Shown one piece after another: positions 1 to 10,569 of a stretch of DNA of 64,000 bases. The notes below the pieces were generated by a model. It was not told where the DNA came from. It was given only the letters and a program-made list of their open reading frames with translations, and made no database searches. Origin of the DNA: a virus (taxonomy: Duplodnaviria > Caudoviricetes); the IMG/VR virus record IMGVR_UViG_3300024346_000014, positions 32,001-96,000 of that record, one strand, 5' to 3'. Made by a program: the position numbers and the translations under genes. Within the stretch, counting starts at the first letter, position 1. Each line of letters opens with the position of its first letter.

Positions 1-2
1 AT

Positions 3-332
3 TATGGTTCATCATTAAATAAATTCATAGCTGAACGTTGTAGAAAGGATATGACAGTTATGAATATAGACTTAATAACATATGATAGAGATAAAAAACA
101 TATAAGAATAATAGAAAGTAAACATGAAAACGAAAGAACTGGATATGGTCAAAGTGTGTTATTAAAATTATTATGTACATTGTTTAAGCAAATATCTGGA
201 TATAGAGTAACTGTCTTTATAATAAGAGGAAACCCTCCATACGAGCATGCTTATCTTGAAAATGTGATAACGAGAGAAAAAACAAAAGTAGACCAACAAT
301 CTCTTATACGCTTTTTAAATTACCGTATTTAA
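3..332 (+). CDS. 5'-truncated ORF, possible PD-(D/E)xK nuclease-fold protein
   Basis: Frame is open from position 3 to the window edge; NIDLI...IIESKH has D...ExK spacing. Confidence 0.35.
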   Translation, partial: YGSSLNKFIAERCRKDMTVMNIDLITYDRDKKHIRIIESKHENERTGYGQSVLLKLLCTLFKQISGYRVTVFIIRGNPPYEHAYLENVITREKTKVDQQSLIRFLNYRI

Positions 333-347
333 ATAAATAATATAGTA

Positions 348-665
348 ATGGAAGATGATAAAAAGTGTTGCAAATTATGCGGAAAACGCATGGGTCTTAC
401 TGAAGACACAGATCATATATGGTGTGCAGAATGTACAAATGGAATTGGATTAATTAGCTTTTTAAAAGATAAAATGCTACCTATCGATGAAAAAACTATA
501 TTAGATAACATAGATAGTTTTATAACAAGCGGTTCTATTGAAGATTTTTTATTCAATCCAACTAGCCTGGATAAATATATAGACTTAAACTACTCTTTAG
601 AGCAATATGAAAAAATAAAAAGTAGATCTCAAACTATTCGTAAGAAGCTAAAAATAAAAAAATAA
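348..665 (+). CDS. hypothetical protein with CxxC...CxxC zinc ribbon
   Basis: CKLCG...WCAEC; AATAAATA box upstream at about 332. Confidence 0.6.
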   Translation: MEDDKKCCKLCGKRMGLTEDTDHIWCAECTNGIGLISFLKDKMLPIDEKTILDNIDSFITSGSIEDFLFNPTSLDKYIDLNYSLEQYEKIKSRSQTIRKKLKIKK

Positions 666-674
666 TTTTACATT

Positions 675-1175
675 TTGAAAAGAAACACTCAAAAAAGATT
701 AATCGTAAACAAATATGTAAATCGTTACATAGCACCTGAACTAAGAGGCACTGTTGCCGCCGCTAATGGTAATATGTGGGTAAAAATAGATGATAATAAT
801 TTTCCAGATGGAAGTTATTTTAGTAGAAAAATCTCTAAAAAACTAAAGATTGATACCGTACAATACCGTATACTTAAACGTATATGGGAATCCGGAAACA
901 CAGGTTTGACTTTTACCGACATACAGATGTTTATATTAGGAGGAGAGGATCAACTTCAAAAAGGGCCTTCTAATCTTCCTCGTGTAGATGATCAACAATG
1001 GGATCACGATAATGGAGGGTTTACAGGTAGAGTACATAAAGTAAGAGCTAGTCGAGGTCACTATTCAACATGGTTAAGTTACACTATGCCAGCTTTTTGT
1101 ACAAAAGGAGATGACGGTAGATGGAGACTCACACAAAAAGACCTACTAGTTCACTTTAAGAACAGATTCGAATAA
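675..1175 (+). CDS. hypothetical protein
   Basis: 166-aa ORF continuing the operon; start uncertain (TTG). Confidence 0.6.
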   Translation: MKRNTQKRLIVNKYVNRYIAPELRGTVAAANGNMWVKIDDNNFPDGSYFSRKISKKLKIDTVQYRILKRIWESGNTGLTFTDIQMFILGGEDQLQKGPSNLPRVDDQQWDHDNGGFTGRVHKVRASRGHYSTWLSYTMPAFCTKGDDGRWRLTQKDLLVHFKNRFE

Positions 1176-1223
1176 ACTTTTAATATTAAAATTAGTATAA
1201 TATTAAAGACTTAAACATAAACT

Positions 1224-1643
1224 ATGACTTCAAAAGCTACACAGACCGTAAATGTATTTAATTATTATGAAAATAAGTTTAATAGAAAATTTACTTTAAA
1301 AGTTCCTAATAATATGATTATTCATCATTATGCACTGATTGTAATCGCATCTATATTTGAAGTATACTATAATTCTCGTTTTATAATTCCATTAGCAGTT
1401 ATGACTTTTACGCAATTTTTGACAATACGATCTTTATTTAAGTCTAGGGTAATATCAAGATGTATTATCTTAGAAATGGATAATCAAGGCAACATATCCA
1501 ATGAAGAAAAAGAAGATATATTTAAAATATGTTGTGATGAAACAAATGATATAGGATTTCTATATACTAGAGGTGCTCTTATTGCTAAGTCTTTAGTTTT
1601 AATGTTCTTAATACATTACGCAACCATAGGTCTAAGTATATAA
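1224..1643 (+). CDS. hypothetical membrane protein
   Basis: Hydrophobic segments; TAAAC-N18-TATAAT upstream (about 1173-1201). Confidence 0.6.
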   Translation: MTSKATQTVNVFNYYENKFNRKFTLKVPNNMIIHHYALIVIASIFEVYYNSRFIIPLAVMTFTQFLTIRSLFKSRVISRCIILEMDNQGNISNEEKEDIFKICCDETNDIGFLYTRGALIAKSLVLMFLIHYATIGLSI

Positions 1644-2497
1644 TCAGATATTTTCATTTCACGTTGTCTGAGCCATTTAGCATAAGCATCGTACATTCTA
1701 CTTTTACTTAATCCTGGGTAATCTTTTGATAATAAACTGAATATAATTTTACTATACATGTTAGGAGATACTTGTTTAGCCTGAAAGGCTTTTACTAATT
1801 CATGTATAGCCACTCCTATTTTTTCATTCTCTTTCTTAATGTCTGATCTTCGTTGCGCTGACTTTTCTGAAGCAACTGATTTTCTAGAATCAGCGGCATC
1901 TCTATTTTTAGTGTAACTTATATCCTGTATAGATGATGATGCTATATTTGCTATACTAACGTCATTCATTTCAGAAAGAGCTGAATACGCTGTTATTAAT
2001 TTTTGACTTAGAGACTGTGAAGAGGTTTCACCTACTCCATCTATTAAATTTTCAAACTTCTTTAATGTATAACTAAGTGTTCGGTCAGAATCCATTCCTA
2101 TTGCATCGGCGAGAGCAGGTACTGTTATATTAAAAGTTCCATCTGTTTCATCAGTGTATCCAAAAGCCTGTATTCCATCTATCATTTTTACGTAATCTGC
2201 TCCTACTTCTTCACACCTTCCTTTTGCTAATAAATATATAGCAGCCATTTGAGGTTTTGTCATTATTTGTAGTCCTCTTGAATAAGCTCGCATTTCACCT
2301 GAAGAATATTCTACGTCTGTGTCTTCCCACGATTCACCTTCTTCATTGCTAAAATCAATGTCTTCGTTTAACCTACATCCTGATATAAAATCTAAGGATA
2401 TTCCTCTGTTTAATAAATCATTCATTGTAGATTCATAGATAGCTTCGAGTATGCTATCATTTTCAAAATTTTCAAATATTTTAATGTATGTTTTCAT
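1616..2497 (-). CDS. hypothetical protein with capsid-targeting-like leader
   Basis: N-terminus MKTYIKIFENFEND; 293 aa. Confidence 0.7.
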   Translation of the reverse strand: MKTYIKIFENFENDSILEAIYESTMNDLLNRGISLDFISGCRLNEDIDFSNEEGESWEDTDVEYSSGEMRAYSRGLQIMTKPQMAAIYLLAKGRCEEVGADYVKMIDGIQAFGYTDETDGTFNITVPALADAIGMDSDRTLSYTLKKFENLIDGVGETSSQSLSQKLITAYSALSEMNDVSIANIASSSIQDISYTKNRDAADSRKSVASEKSAQRRSDIKKENEKIGVAIHELVKAFQAKQVSPNMYSKIIFSLLSKDYPGLSKSRMYDAYAKWLRQREMKISDYILRPMVA

Positions 2498-2509
2498 GGC
2501 TTTATTTTT

Positions 2510-2914
2510 TTAAAAATCTATTTCCCAGTCGTCTTCGCTTGATTCGAAATCTTCTAATTCAGATTCACTGTCGTCTGTTGGGATATCCTTATCAAATTCG
2601 CTATCTATTGCTCCTGTATCTGATACATAGTTTATTTCTTGCATATCTAGTTTTTCATGATATTTGTCGTACCATTTTTCTAAAACATTATAAAAGGATT
2701 TTATAAAAGCAGGATCTCCCATTTTTTCTTTCAGGTCTCCCATGTTTTCTTTTATAAAATATTTTATTTCTTCAGTTGCTTCAATGGCATCCATATCAGA
2801 AGAGACAACTTCTCTTACTTTTTTATCTAAAAGAGCTATAGTATTATCTGTAGTTAAAGAATTATCGTTTTCTAAAACTAAAAATGATTTATATGACACT
2901 ATATGTTTTCCCAT
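2510..2914 (-). CDS. acidic-tailed protein, paralogue of 46932..47306
   Basis: Leader KHIVSYKSFLVLE; DTG...DIPTDD...EIDF tail; TATAAATA upstream. Confidence 0.75.
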   Translation of the reverse strand: MGKHIVSYKSFLVLENDNSLTTDNTIALLDKKVREVVSSDMDAIEATEEIKYFIKENMGDLKEKMGDPAFIKSFYNVLEKWYDKYHEKLDMQEINYVSDTGAIDSEFDKDIPTDDSESELEDFESSEDDWEIDF

Positions 2915-3016
2915 AATAAACTTAAATCTTTTTATTATTTATAAGAGAACTTAGTTTAATAAAATGGTTTAATACTTTAAATAAATTTTAGTATAATAAT
3001 TAAAAATTACAGATAT

Positions 3017-3736
3017 ATGTTTACAAAAAACGAAATTACAAAAATGATTTTCTTTGATGTTGAAACGGCTACTACGTTTAAAGACCATAGTGAATTATCA
3101 GAAAGAATGAAAAAGCTATGGTCAAAGAGATGCGAATGGCTTAGAAAAAATTACGAAGACAACGAAGGTAAAACCGATAGCGAACTTTATAGTTACAAAG
3201 GCGCTCTTCATCCTGAATTTAATAAAGTACTTTGCGTATCCTTTGGTAGAGTTGAAATAGATTCAACGGGGGAAGTAACTAGTAATGTTCATACATGCAG
3301 TGGCCATGATGAAAAGGAAGTATTACAAAATACATTAAAGGTATTTGAAAAATTTTACACGAGTGGATTTAAATTTGTTGGACATAACATAAAAGGTTTT
3401 GATATTCCTGTTATTTTAAAAAGAGCTATTATAAATGGGATAAGTATACCTAGTTTCTTGCATTTGCATAATCTTAAACCTTGGGAAATGCCTTTTGTAG
3501 ATACATCTGACGTTTGGAATTTCGGAGCATGGGGAGGAACAAAAGTTTCATTAGACCTAATGTCAGCTAGCTTAAACGTGCCTACTCCTAAAGATGCAAT
3601 GGATGGTAGCATGGTATCAGGAGCATACTGGTTCGAAGACAAGCTGGATGATATCGTAACATATTGTGAAAAAGATGTAGTTGCAACTGCAAACGTTGTT
3701 CTAAGATTAGGGAATCATAACATAATTGAAATATAA
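3017..3736 (+). CDS. DEDD 3'-5' exonuclease (PolB-exonuclease-like)
   Basis: FFDVETA (ExoI), GHNIKGFDIP (ExoII), YCEKDV (ExoIII). Confidence 0.9.
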   Translation: MFTKNEITKMIFFDVETATTFKDHSELSERMKKLWSKRCEWLRKNYEDNEGKTDSELYSYKGALHPEFNKVLCVSFGRVEIDSTGEVTSNVHTCSGHDEKEVLQNTLKVFEKFYTSGFKFVGHNIKGFDIPVILKRAIINGISIPSFLHLHNLKPWEMPFVDTSDVWNFGAWGGTKVSLDLMSASLNVPTPKDAMDGSMVSGAYWFEDKLDDIVTYCEKDVVATANVVLRLGNHNIIEI

Positions 3737-3922
3737 AATGACAAAAGAAAACCTAATTGCAATCATAGAAAATAGGAATAGCTGGACTTTGGCTAAGCAT
3801 AGAAGTGCTTTAATGCTCTTAGATAACTTTAAAGATAATAAGGTTATTGAATACCTATGGTATAAATTTAAATCCACAGGGGATTATTATTATGCATCTA
3901 TAGTCAAATCTTATAAAGTAAA

Positions 3923-5029
3923 ATGAATATAGAACATCAATATCTAATTCTACTTAAGGATATCCTAGACAGTGGATTAGAAAAAGAAGACCGTACTGGT
4001 ACAGGTACTATCTCCATGTTTGGTAGACAAATCAGACACAAAATGAATCAAGGATTTCCTCTACTAACAACCAAGAAAATGTATTGGAAAGGAATTGTAA
4101 TAGAATTGTTATGGTTCTTACGTGGTGATACAAACATTAAATATTTAGTCGATAATGGTTGTAATATCTGGAATGGAGACTGTTATAAGAAATATTGTAA
4201 AATAGCAGGGGCTATGGAGGAACCTGATTATGATATTCATGTTGATGATCCAGGTCAAAATTGTACCAGACTCATGACTCAACAAGAGTTTATTGAACAA
4301 ATCAAAACCAATGATGAGTTTGCTCGAAAATGGGGTGATTTAGGTCCAGTGTATGGTAAACAATGGGTTGAGTGGGAATGTCCACCTATGACACCCGATG
4401 AAGTTGATTATCCAAGAACAGTCAATCAAATTCAAAACCTAATAGAACAACTCAAAACAAATCCAGACTCAAGACGACTAATGGTTAACGCTTGGAATGT
4501 TGGCGAATTGGACCAAATGACACTTCCACCTTGTCACTACGGATTCCAATGTTATACTACAGAGATGAGTTTTAAAGAACGAATTGAATATTGGACATCC
4601 TCTATAGGTAAGAGTCCATCTTATGGGAAGCAGTTTAATGATAGCGATTTAGATGAACGCAATGTTCCTAAACGAAAGTTATCTCTAATGTGGAGTCAAC
4701 GTTCAGTAGATACTTTCTTAGGTTTACCATTCAACATAGCATCCTATGGTTTACTACTTGAAATCATCGCTAAAGAAGTTAATATGGTTCCTGATGAATT
4801 GATTGGTAATTTAGGTGATGTTCATTTGTATAAGAATCACATTGAACAGGCGAAGGAACAACTAACTAGAGAACCTAAAAGACTACCGAAGGTATTAATT
4901 AATAATGGTGAAGTTGATAACAACGGTGTACCATTCACTAAAAGCGTGTTGGATGGGTATGATATAACCGATTTTGAATTAGTTGATTATCAATCACATC
5001 CATCTATTAAAGCATCACTTAGCAATTAG
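3923..5029 (+). CDS. thyA: thymidylate synthase
   Basis: DRTGTGT, FPLLTTKK, ELLWFLRG, LPPCH, QRSVDTFLGLPFNIASY, HLYKNH. Confidence 0.98.
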   Translation: MNIEHQYLILLKDILDSGLEKEDRTGTGTISMFGRQIRHKMNQGFPLLTTKKMYWKGIVIELLWFLRGDTNIKYLVDNGCNIWNGDCYKKYCKIAGAMEEPDYDIHVDDPGQNCTRLMTQQEFIEQIKTNDEFARKWGDLGPVYGKQWVEWECPPMTPDEVDYPRTVNQIQNLIEQLKTNPDSRRLMVNAWNVGELDQMTLPPCHYGFQCYTTEMSFKERIEYWTSSIGKSPSYGKQFNDSDLDERNVPKRKLSLMWSQRSVDTFLGLPFNIASYGLLLEIIAKEVNMVPDELIGNLGDVHLYKNHIEQAKEQLTREPKRLPKVLINNGEVDNNGVPFTKSVLDGYDITDFELVDYQSHPSIKASLSN

Positions 5030-5826
5030 GTGTTTTTAACAGAATTAGGAATAGAAGTTGCAGCTGTATTCTTTTTGTTATAGAATTCTGTTTTTCCAGC
5101 ATATCTCCAATAAAAACAATTATTAAACCCTTTAGGTTTTCTTTCAGCAATACCTGCTGCTCCTTTAGATGAAGGAGTAGCGGCTAAAAATTCTGTTCTA
5201 CTTCCTACATGTTTACTAGCTGCACTACGGAGTGAACTTGATTTTTGAGCAGATATAGCGTCATTAATTTGAACAGTAGATTCTTCTAAACTTCTTCCTT
5301 TAGATTTACGATATACTTCAATAGCCTCGTCTTTATTATTAATACTATTCCATTTTGCGCCTTTAGCTTTACCATCTTTTACAGGTTGATATTGTCCAGG
5401 TGAAAGTATTACTTTTTGCAATGTTTTTCCATAAGGTTTTCCAGGAGTGTTATATCTGTTGTATATAGCTTGAGCTACATCTGCCATTGCTTGTTTTGAA
5501 CCGCTATAATTTTTAGTGGTATAGTTTTCACAAGCCATTATAACAATTAAAGTCCAATAGTCGGTATTGCCTTGAAGTTTATCTGTTTTTGCTTTAGACA
5601 AGTTTTTTTTATATTGAGCATTTAGATTTTGTATAGAACTAGCGTTTTCTACAGTATGCCAATATTTTTCCCCTGACTTTAGTTGATACTGCCAATTAGG
5701 TGTTTTATCTTTATTTAAGCCCGATCTTCGATATACATATTTTGGTTTAGAAGATATGTAATATTTAGTATACTCGTCTTTATTTTCAAATAAGCGGTTC
5801 CAATTATTATAATTTTTTATGTACAT
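5026..5826 (-). CDS. SleB/Hydrolase_2-like cell-wall hydrolase with leader
   Basis: IMACEN...MADVAQAIYNR...LQKVILSPGQYQPV; leader MYIKNYNNWNRLFE; TATAAATA upstream. Confidence 0.75.
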   Translation of the reverse strand: MYIKNYNNWNRLFENKDEYTKYYISSKPKYVYRRSGLNKDKTPNWQYQLKSGEKYWHTVENASSIQNLNAQYKKNLSKAKTDKLQGNTDYWTLIVIMACENYTTKNYSGSKQAMADVAQAIYNRYNTPGKPYGKTLQKVILSPGQYQPVKDGKAKGAKWNSINNKDEAIEVYRKSKGRSLEESTVQINDAISAQKSSSLRSAASKHVGSRTEFLAATPSSKGAAGIAERKPKGFNNCFYWRYAGKTEFYNKKNTAATSIPNSVKNT

Positions 5827-5903
5827 TTTTAATGATATATTTCTATATTTATTTATACTGGCTTTTTTTCTTAAATAAATAATATTAGCAAAATAATATT
5901 GAT

Positions 5904-6398
5904 ATGGCAGAAATAGCTAGACTTTATCCAAAAATAGATTTTTCAAAAATCAAGTTTTCTAGAATTCCTAAAAATGGTTTTTTAATAGGTTTTAATTCTA
6001 ATAATAACAATAGACTATCTAAAATAGACAGGTCTGGTACTATTACCGTGATAGAATCATTCGAAAGTAAGTCTGATTCTTCTGGTTCTAATTTTAAATT
6101 TTTTGCACAGACGGACGTTCCAAGCGTAGAAAATGATACTGAGTTGCATCATGGTAACATATGGTACGATACAGTTAACGCTATGCCTTATATTTACACT
6201 AAAATAGATGTAGATCATTTCGTATGGCTATCGCTTCAGTCTAATGAAACTGAATCTTCTTTTGAAAGCTTATCTAAAAGTCAAATACTTAGCATAGATC
6301 ATCCGATAGATGGTGAACTTATATATAATAATACAGATCAGGAGTATGTATTCTACAATGGAAGATCTTGGAAAAAAATAATTACTGAAGACTTATAA
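5904..6398 (+). CDS. probable virion structural (fibre-associated) protein
   Basis: GNIWYDT and GELIYNNTDQEYVFYNGRSW beta motifs typical of fibre proteins. Confidence 0.5.
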   Translation: MAEIARLYPKIDFSKIKFSRIPKNGFLIGFNSNNNNRLSKIDRSGTITVIESFESKSDSSGSNFKFFAQTDVPSVENDTELHHGNIWYDTVNAMPYIYTKIDVDHFVWLSLQSNETESSFESLSKSQILSIDHPIDGELIYNNTDQEYVFYNGRSWKKIITEDL

Positions 6399-6399
6399 T

Positions 6400-7026
6400 A
6401 TGGATTTAACTTTATTTCCAAAAAATCCAAGTGTTGGCGAAATAGTAAGAGTAGACGGCAACTCATCAAGGTCTTATAGATGGGATGGCATCACGTGGAC
6501 AGCTTTAAAAAAACCATACGTAGATAGGAAACCCGATGATTATAACCCTAATCAAGGTAGAATGGGTCTTCATAAAAAAATGTCAAAGGACATATTAAAT
6601 GAGAAGCCGGTTATAGATTATTCAACTTCTGCTAATATGGCTAAACTTCAAAATTCTATAGTACGAGGAACTGAATCTATATACATGAACGGTCAACTAT
6701 TATCTGCAGATGACTATAGCATAATTGAAAAAACTATTTATTTTAATTTTGAGATATCTGAAGATTCTTCTTTAATATGTGATTATTCTACATTAACACA
6801 TGTTGAAGTATTTAATGAAATACCGGTGGGTGAAATGGACGGTGTGAATCTAACATTTACATTATTTTCAACACCTGTGCAAAACACTGAGTCGATCTAT
6901 TTTAATGGTGTAAGATTATATGAAGGAAATGATAAAGATTACATAATAATTAATAATATTTTGCAATTATTTTTAGCCCCAACTGAAAAAAGTAGCATAA
7001 AAATAGACTATCATGCTGCAATTTAA
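6400..7026 (+). CDS. probable virion structural protein with duplicated domain
   Basis: FPKNPSVGE...YRWDGITW; two TESIYxNG...DY.I repeats; EIPVGEMDGVNLTFTL. Confidence 0.55.
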   Translation: MDLTLFPKNPSVGEIVRVDGNSSRSYRWDGITWTALKKPYVDRKPDDYNPNQGRMGLHKKMSKDILNEKPVIDYSTSANMAKLQNSIVRGTESIYMNGQLLSADDYSIIEKTIYFNFEISEDSSLICDYSTLTHVEVFNEIPVGEMDGVNLTFTLFSTPVQNTESIYFNGVRLYEGNDKDYIIINNILQLFLAPTEKSSIKIDYHAAI

Positions 7027-7119
7027 AAAAACATTAAAATAATACATTTTTTTAATAAAACAGCCCCTAGAGCGCATATAAATAAACTAGAATAAAGCAA
7101 AAACAATTATAATTATACA

Positions 7120-7371
7120 ATGGAGAACACTGAAAACAATAAAGATTTAGATTTATACACGACAACCGATTTATATTTGTCAGCGTATCTTATAGTAAAA
7201 GGTCACAAGTTTTCAACAGAAAAAAAGGGTAGAAAATCCTTCTTTTCATTCAACAAGACCCCTAATTTAGATGAGCATGTAAATGAGTATTTGATGGGTG
7301 GAGGTTCAACAGAACCACTGCAGTACGCTAATTCCATCAAGAACTTAAAAAACTTGCTATTTAATAGATAA
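7120..7371 (+). CDS. small phage protein (DUF5659-like)
   Basis: YTTTDLYLSAYLIVKG; TATAAATA at about 7077. Confidence 0.55.
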   Translation: MENTENNKDLDLYTTTDLYLSAYLIVKGHKFSTEKKGRKSFFSFNKTPNLDEHVNEYLMGGGSTEPLQYANSIKNLKNLLFNR

Positions 7372-7485
7372 TAACATTTAGGGATTATTTTCTAATATTT
7401 TTTATTTACATATTTTTCAAATTAATTTTTGAAGATAGATTGCACGCATTTTAGGTTTACGTACGCTAAAAAAAACCATAATAAA

Positions 7486-9447
7486 ATGGCAGAAATAAAT
7501 AAAGTAGCTAATTTAATTAGCATAATTAAACAAACCGATCAGCAGTTTTTAGACCCAAAAGGTATAATGTTGAAGGATATTTTAGATGCATCAGGTGCAA
7601 GTGCACAGGATCTTTTTGATATCTTAAACGGAGATAAATCTGTAGAAGGTTCGGTATCTAAAGCAGTATCGGATGCAGTGATATCAATAGTAGACGGTGC
7701 TCCTGGACAATTAGATACTCTTAAAGAGATATCTGACGCACTTGCAGGAGATGAAGCTAGTACAGCAACACTTCTTCAAGCTATTGCAGATAACGCAACA
7801 GCATCTAACAGTAGACATGATAGCTATGTAGCTTCACACAACGAAGATACTGAAGCAAAAGAAGCATCAGTAGAAGCAGCTAGAATAGCAGAAAAAGCAG
7901 CAGTAGAAGCAGCTAGAGTAGCAGAAAAAGCAGCAGTAGAAGCAACTAGAGTAGCAACGGCAGCGTCAATTCTTGAAGAAGAAACTCAGTATAGAGCTAA
8001 TCTTGATCAACAAACAGATGCATTAGCTGACGCAATTCTTGAAGAAGAAACTCAGTACAGAGCTGACTTAGTAACTGATACTGAAGCAAAAGCAGCAGCA
8101 GTAGAAGCAGCTAGAATAGCTGAAAAAGCAGCAGTAGAAGCAGCTAGAGTAGCAACATCAGCGTCAATTCTTGAAGAAGAAACTCAGTATAGAGCTAATC
8201 TTGAAGCGGATAGAGATGAAAAAGAAGCAAATGTTGAAGCAGCTAGAGTAGCAGCAGCAGCAGCGATTCTTAAAGAAGAAGGTGAGTATAGAGCAATTAT
8301 TACTTCAGAACAAGCTTTACAAGATAGCAATCATTCTGCTTTAAAGACAAGTCACGAATCATTGGATACTTTTGTAAGAACCAATTTAGATCTAGATTTA
8401 GATGGAGATGGTGCTTATGATAAATTATCTGAGTTCTTAACATTTGTTAATAACGCCCAGCAAGCTGATGCAGATTCAATTGCTAAAGCTGTTAAAGACG
8501 CAAGTGACGCAAACGTATCACTTAAATCTGAAGTAGATAGTGATATCAGTGATCTTGATGCTAAAGTTGATGAACACCAAATTATTCAAAATGATGAATT
8601 CACTAGAGTTGATGGTAAAATAGACACTGGCTTAACAGCAGCAGATGATAAACTAGAATCAGCTAAAACAGAACTCTCGGCAGTTATTAAAACAACACAA
8701 GATGATTTGTCTGAATTTGTTGGAGAAACCGAAGATCAATTTAAGACGGTTAAATCAGAAACTGCTTTATACAGAGATAAGAATGATCTTGAATGGTCTA
8801 ACTTAAACGATGTACGTGAAGAAGAAGCTACTGAGTACCAAGATTATAAAGACAAAGACAGCGAATGGAAGAAGATGATGCAAAGCACTTTCGAGGACGA
8901 ACAAGCTGTGACTTCAAAAGAAAGATCAATGATGATGGAATCTATTGATCAATTGGTTGATGATAAAAATGAGGATAGTGTCAACAGTATTGCTGAGATA
9001 TTTAATCATATTACAGAAGTGGCTGATTTCAACGTCATGAACATTCGTACTAAAACTGATATTGATTTTACGGCAGACCAAGAACAAGATGGAATGATTA
9101 TTCCAGCCGAATCAATTCATCAATACACTTTAAGTGTTAAAATGAATGGCGTAGAAGTATACGAAGGAGAAGACTACACAACTACATACTTAAATGAAAG
9201 AGTAGTAGGTATATCAATGGAAAGGTCATTAAATGGCATTTACAAAGATGGTGGTAGATTATCTATTTCAGGAAGAGTAGGAGAATTAAAACAATATGAA
9301 TTTAATTTAACTAGCCCTTTTGCTGGACAAGGTAAATTCGTAAGACCTATAGAAGGTGAAAATGATTATGCTTCTGCAATCGGAGACTTCCGTAGTAAGG
9401 AGGTTGCAACATTGGATCCACTAGTAGATCCAAATTCAGAAGGTTAA
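7486..9447 (+). CDS. long coiled-coil fibre-like structural protein
   Basis: ATG at 7486 in A-rich context; DGAPGQLDTLKEISDAL fibre motif; EAARIAEKAAV and ILEEETQYRA repeats. Confidence 0.7.
   Translation: MAEINKVANLISIIKQTDQQFLDPKGIMLKDILDASGASAQDLFDILNGDKSVEGSVSKAVSDAVISIVDGAPGQLDTLKEISDALAGDEASTATLLQAIADNATASNSRHDSYVASHNEDTEAKEASVEAARIAEKAAVEAARVAEKAAVEATRVATAASILEEETQYRANLDQQTDALADAILEEETQYRADLVTDTEAKAAAVEAARIAEKAAVEAARVATSASILEEETQYRANLEADRDEKEANVEAARVAAAAAILKEEGEYRAIITSEQALQDSNHSALKTSHESLDTFVRTNLDLDLDGDGAYDKLSEFLTFVNNAQQADADSIAKAVKDASDANVSLKSEVDSDISDLDAKVDEHQIIQNDEFTRVDGKIDTGLTAADDKLESAKTELSAVIKTTQDDLSEFVGETEDQFKTVKSETALYRDKNDLEWSNLNDVREEEATEYQDYKDKDSEWKKMMQSTFEDEQAVTSKERSMMMESIDQLVDDKNEDSVNSIAEIFNHITEVADFNVMNIRTKTDIDFTADQEQDGMIIPAESIHQYTLSVKMNGVEVYEGEDYTTTYLNERVVGISMERSLNGIYKDGGRLSISGRVGELKQYEFNLTSPFAGQGKFVRPIEGENDYASAIGDFRSKEVATLDPLVDPNSEG
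7845..8300 (+). repeat. intragenic imperfect tandem repeats
   Basis: Repeated gcagtagaagcagctagagtagca and attcttgaagaagaaactcagta units. Confidence 0.9.
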
Positions 9448-9477
9448 TAAGATACTTTAAATAGTATTATTTTCTAT

Positions 9478-9508
9478 AGAGGCGTGTAGCAATACACGCC
9501 TCTTTTTT
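9478..9508 (+). terminator. intrinsic terminator
   Basis: AGAGGCGTGT-agcaat-ACACGCCTCT followed by a T-run. Confidence 0.9.
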
Positions 9509-9540
9509 ATACATAACAATTTTTAGATTTGCTAAACATT

Positions 9541-10128
9541 TTACCTATTACGTTTTAGGTTTTTTAATTTATTAGTAATAATAAACATATTAACGATGTC
9601 TTGTTTTTCTTTACTGGTCTCTGACTCATTAAATTTAAATATGTAAGTACCTGTTACATTGCTTATTTGTTTTTCAAGATCTGCAATATTTATGTCTACT
9701 ATTTTCATATTGGCTTTTGATATTTCATATTCTATTTTAAGTTCATCACATATTACAAATAATTCTAAAGCATTTAAAGTTTCATAAGCCAAGCTGGCTC
9801 TTTTAAATATATCTTCATACTTGTTGGTTTTATCCTTATCTGGATGCGTTAGTTTGCATATATTCCAGTATATTTTCTTGAGACTTTTGTTTTCAGGATC
9901 ACTGTGATTATTTTCTAAAATGCTTTCTTTATCTTCAACGTTTGGATTCTCATTAGAATCAGGTTTATCTGTTCCTAATAATTCCTGTACGTCATCTACG
10001 TTTTTAGCTACTTCATCTAAAAATTCCTGCCTGGATTCTTCTACTATTACCTTTCTCCATTCTAAATCTGATTTTAAAAATCTAAATTTCTGAATTAAAC
10101 TTTTATTTTTTCCGCTTAATGATTTCAT
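9541..10128 (-). CDS. J-domain (DnaJ-like) protein
   Basis: LKKIYWNICKLTHPDK...FKRASLAYE with the HPD motif. Confidence 0.8.
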   Translation of the reverse strand: MKSLSGKNKSLIQKFRFLKSDLEWRKVIVEESRQEFLDEVAKNVDDVQELLGTDKPDSNENPNVEDKESILENNHSDPENKSLKKIYWNICKLTHPDKDKTNKYEDIFKRASLAYETLNALELFVICDELKIEYEISKANMKIVDINIADLEKQISNVTGTYIFKFNESETSKEKQDIVNMFIITNKLKNLKRNR

Positions 10129-10129
10129 T

Positions 10130-10399
10130 CTATAAGTTTATTACGTTTAAAGCCTCTTCTATTTTTTTTAAAACCATATTTCTTTCTTCTGAAGTATTCC
10201 ATGCAAAAACAGTTGGCATTATAGAATTTGCATCAAATAAAACTATTTCATATGACACTGGCGTATCATCTGCTTTTTCTTTAAGAGACTCGTCGTATTC
10301 TGTTTCACTAGGTTTATCAGATCTTATTTCTAACCTATATACGTGTTGAATATTTATTAAATCGTAACCTTCATTGTGTCTAATTTTTAGCCATCTCAT
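10130..10399 (-). CDS. hypothetical protein
   Basis: 89-aa ORF abutting the J-domain gene. Confidence 0.6.
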   Translation of the reverse strand: MRWLKIRHNEGYDLINIQHVYRLEIRSDKPSETEYDESLKEKADDTPVSYEIVLFDANSIMPTVFAWNTSEERNMVLKKIEEALNVINL

Positions 10400-10569
10400 A
10401 TCTAATGTTTACTAATTTTTAAAATCTAAATAACATACCTTTACTTTGCAGTATTTAGATACCCCAGTTTCACCATTAATGTGATCTAAGGGCTTTTTTA
10501 TTTTTACAGATAAGATACAGTATTACGCATAACAATTACATTAGATTTAATTAAATCTCGTGAATTATA

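Noticed and set aside
7845-8300. DGR template/variable repeat pair
   Set aside because: In-frame coiled-coil repeats without adenine-specific variation; no reverse transcriptase in the window
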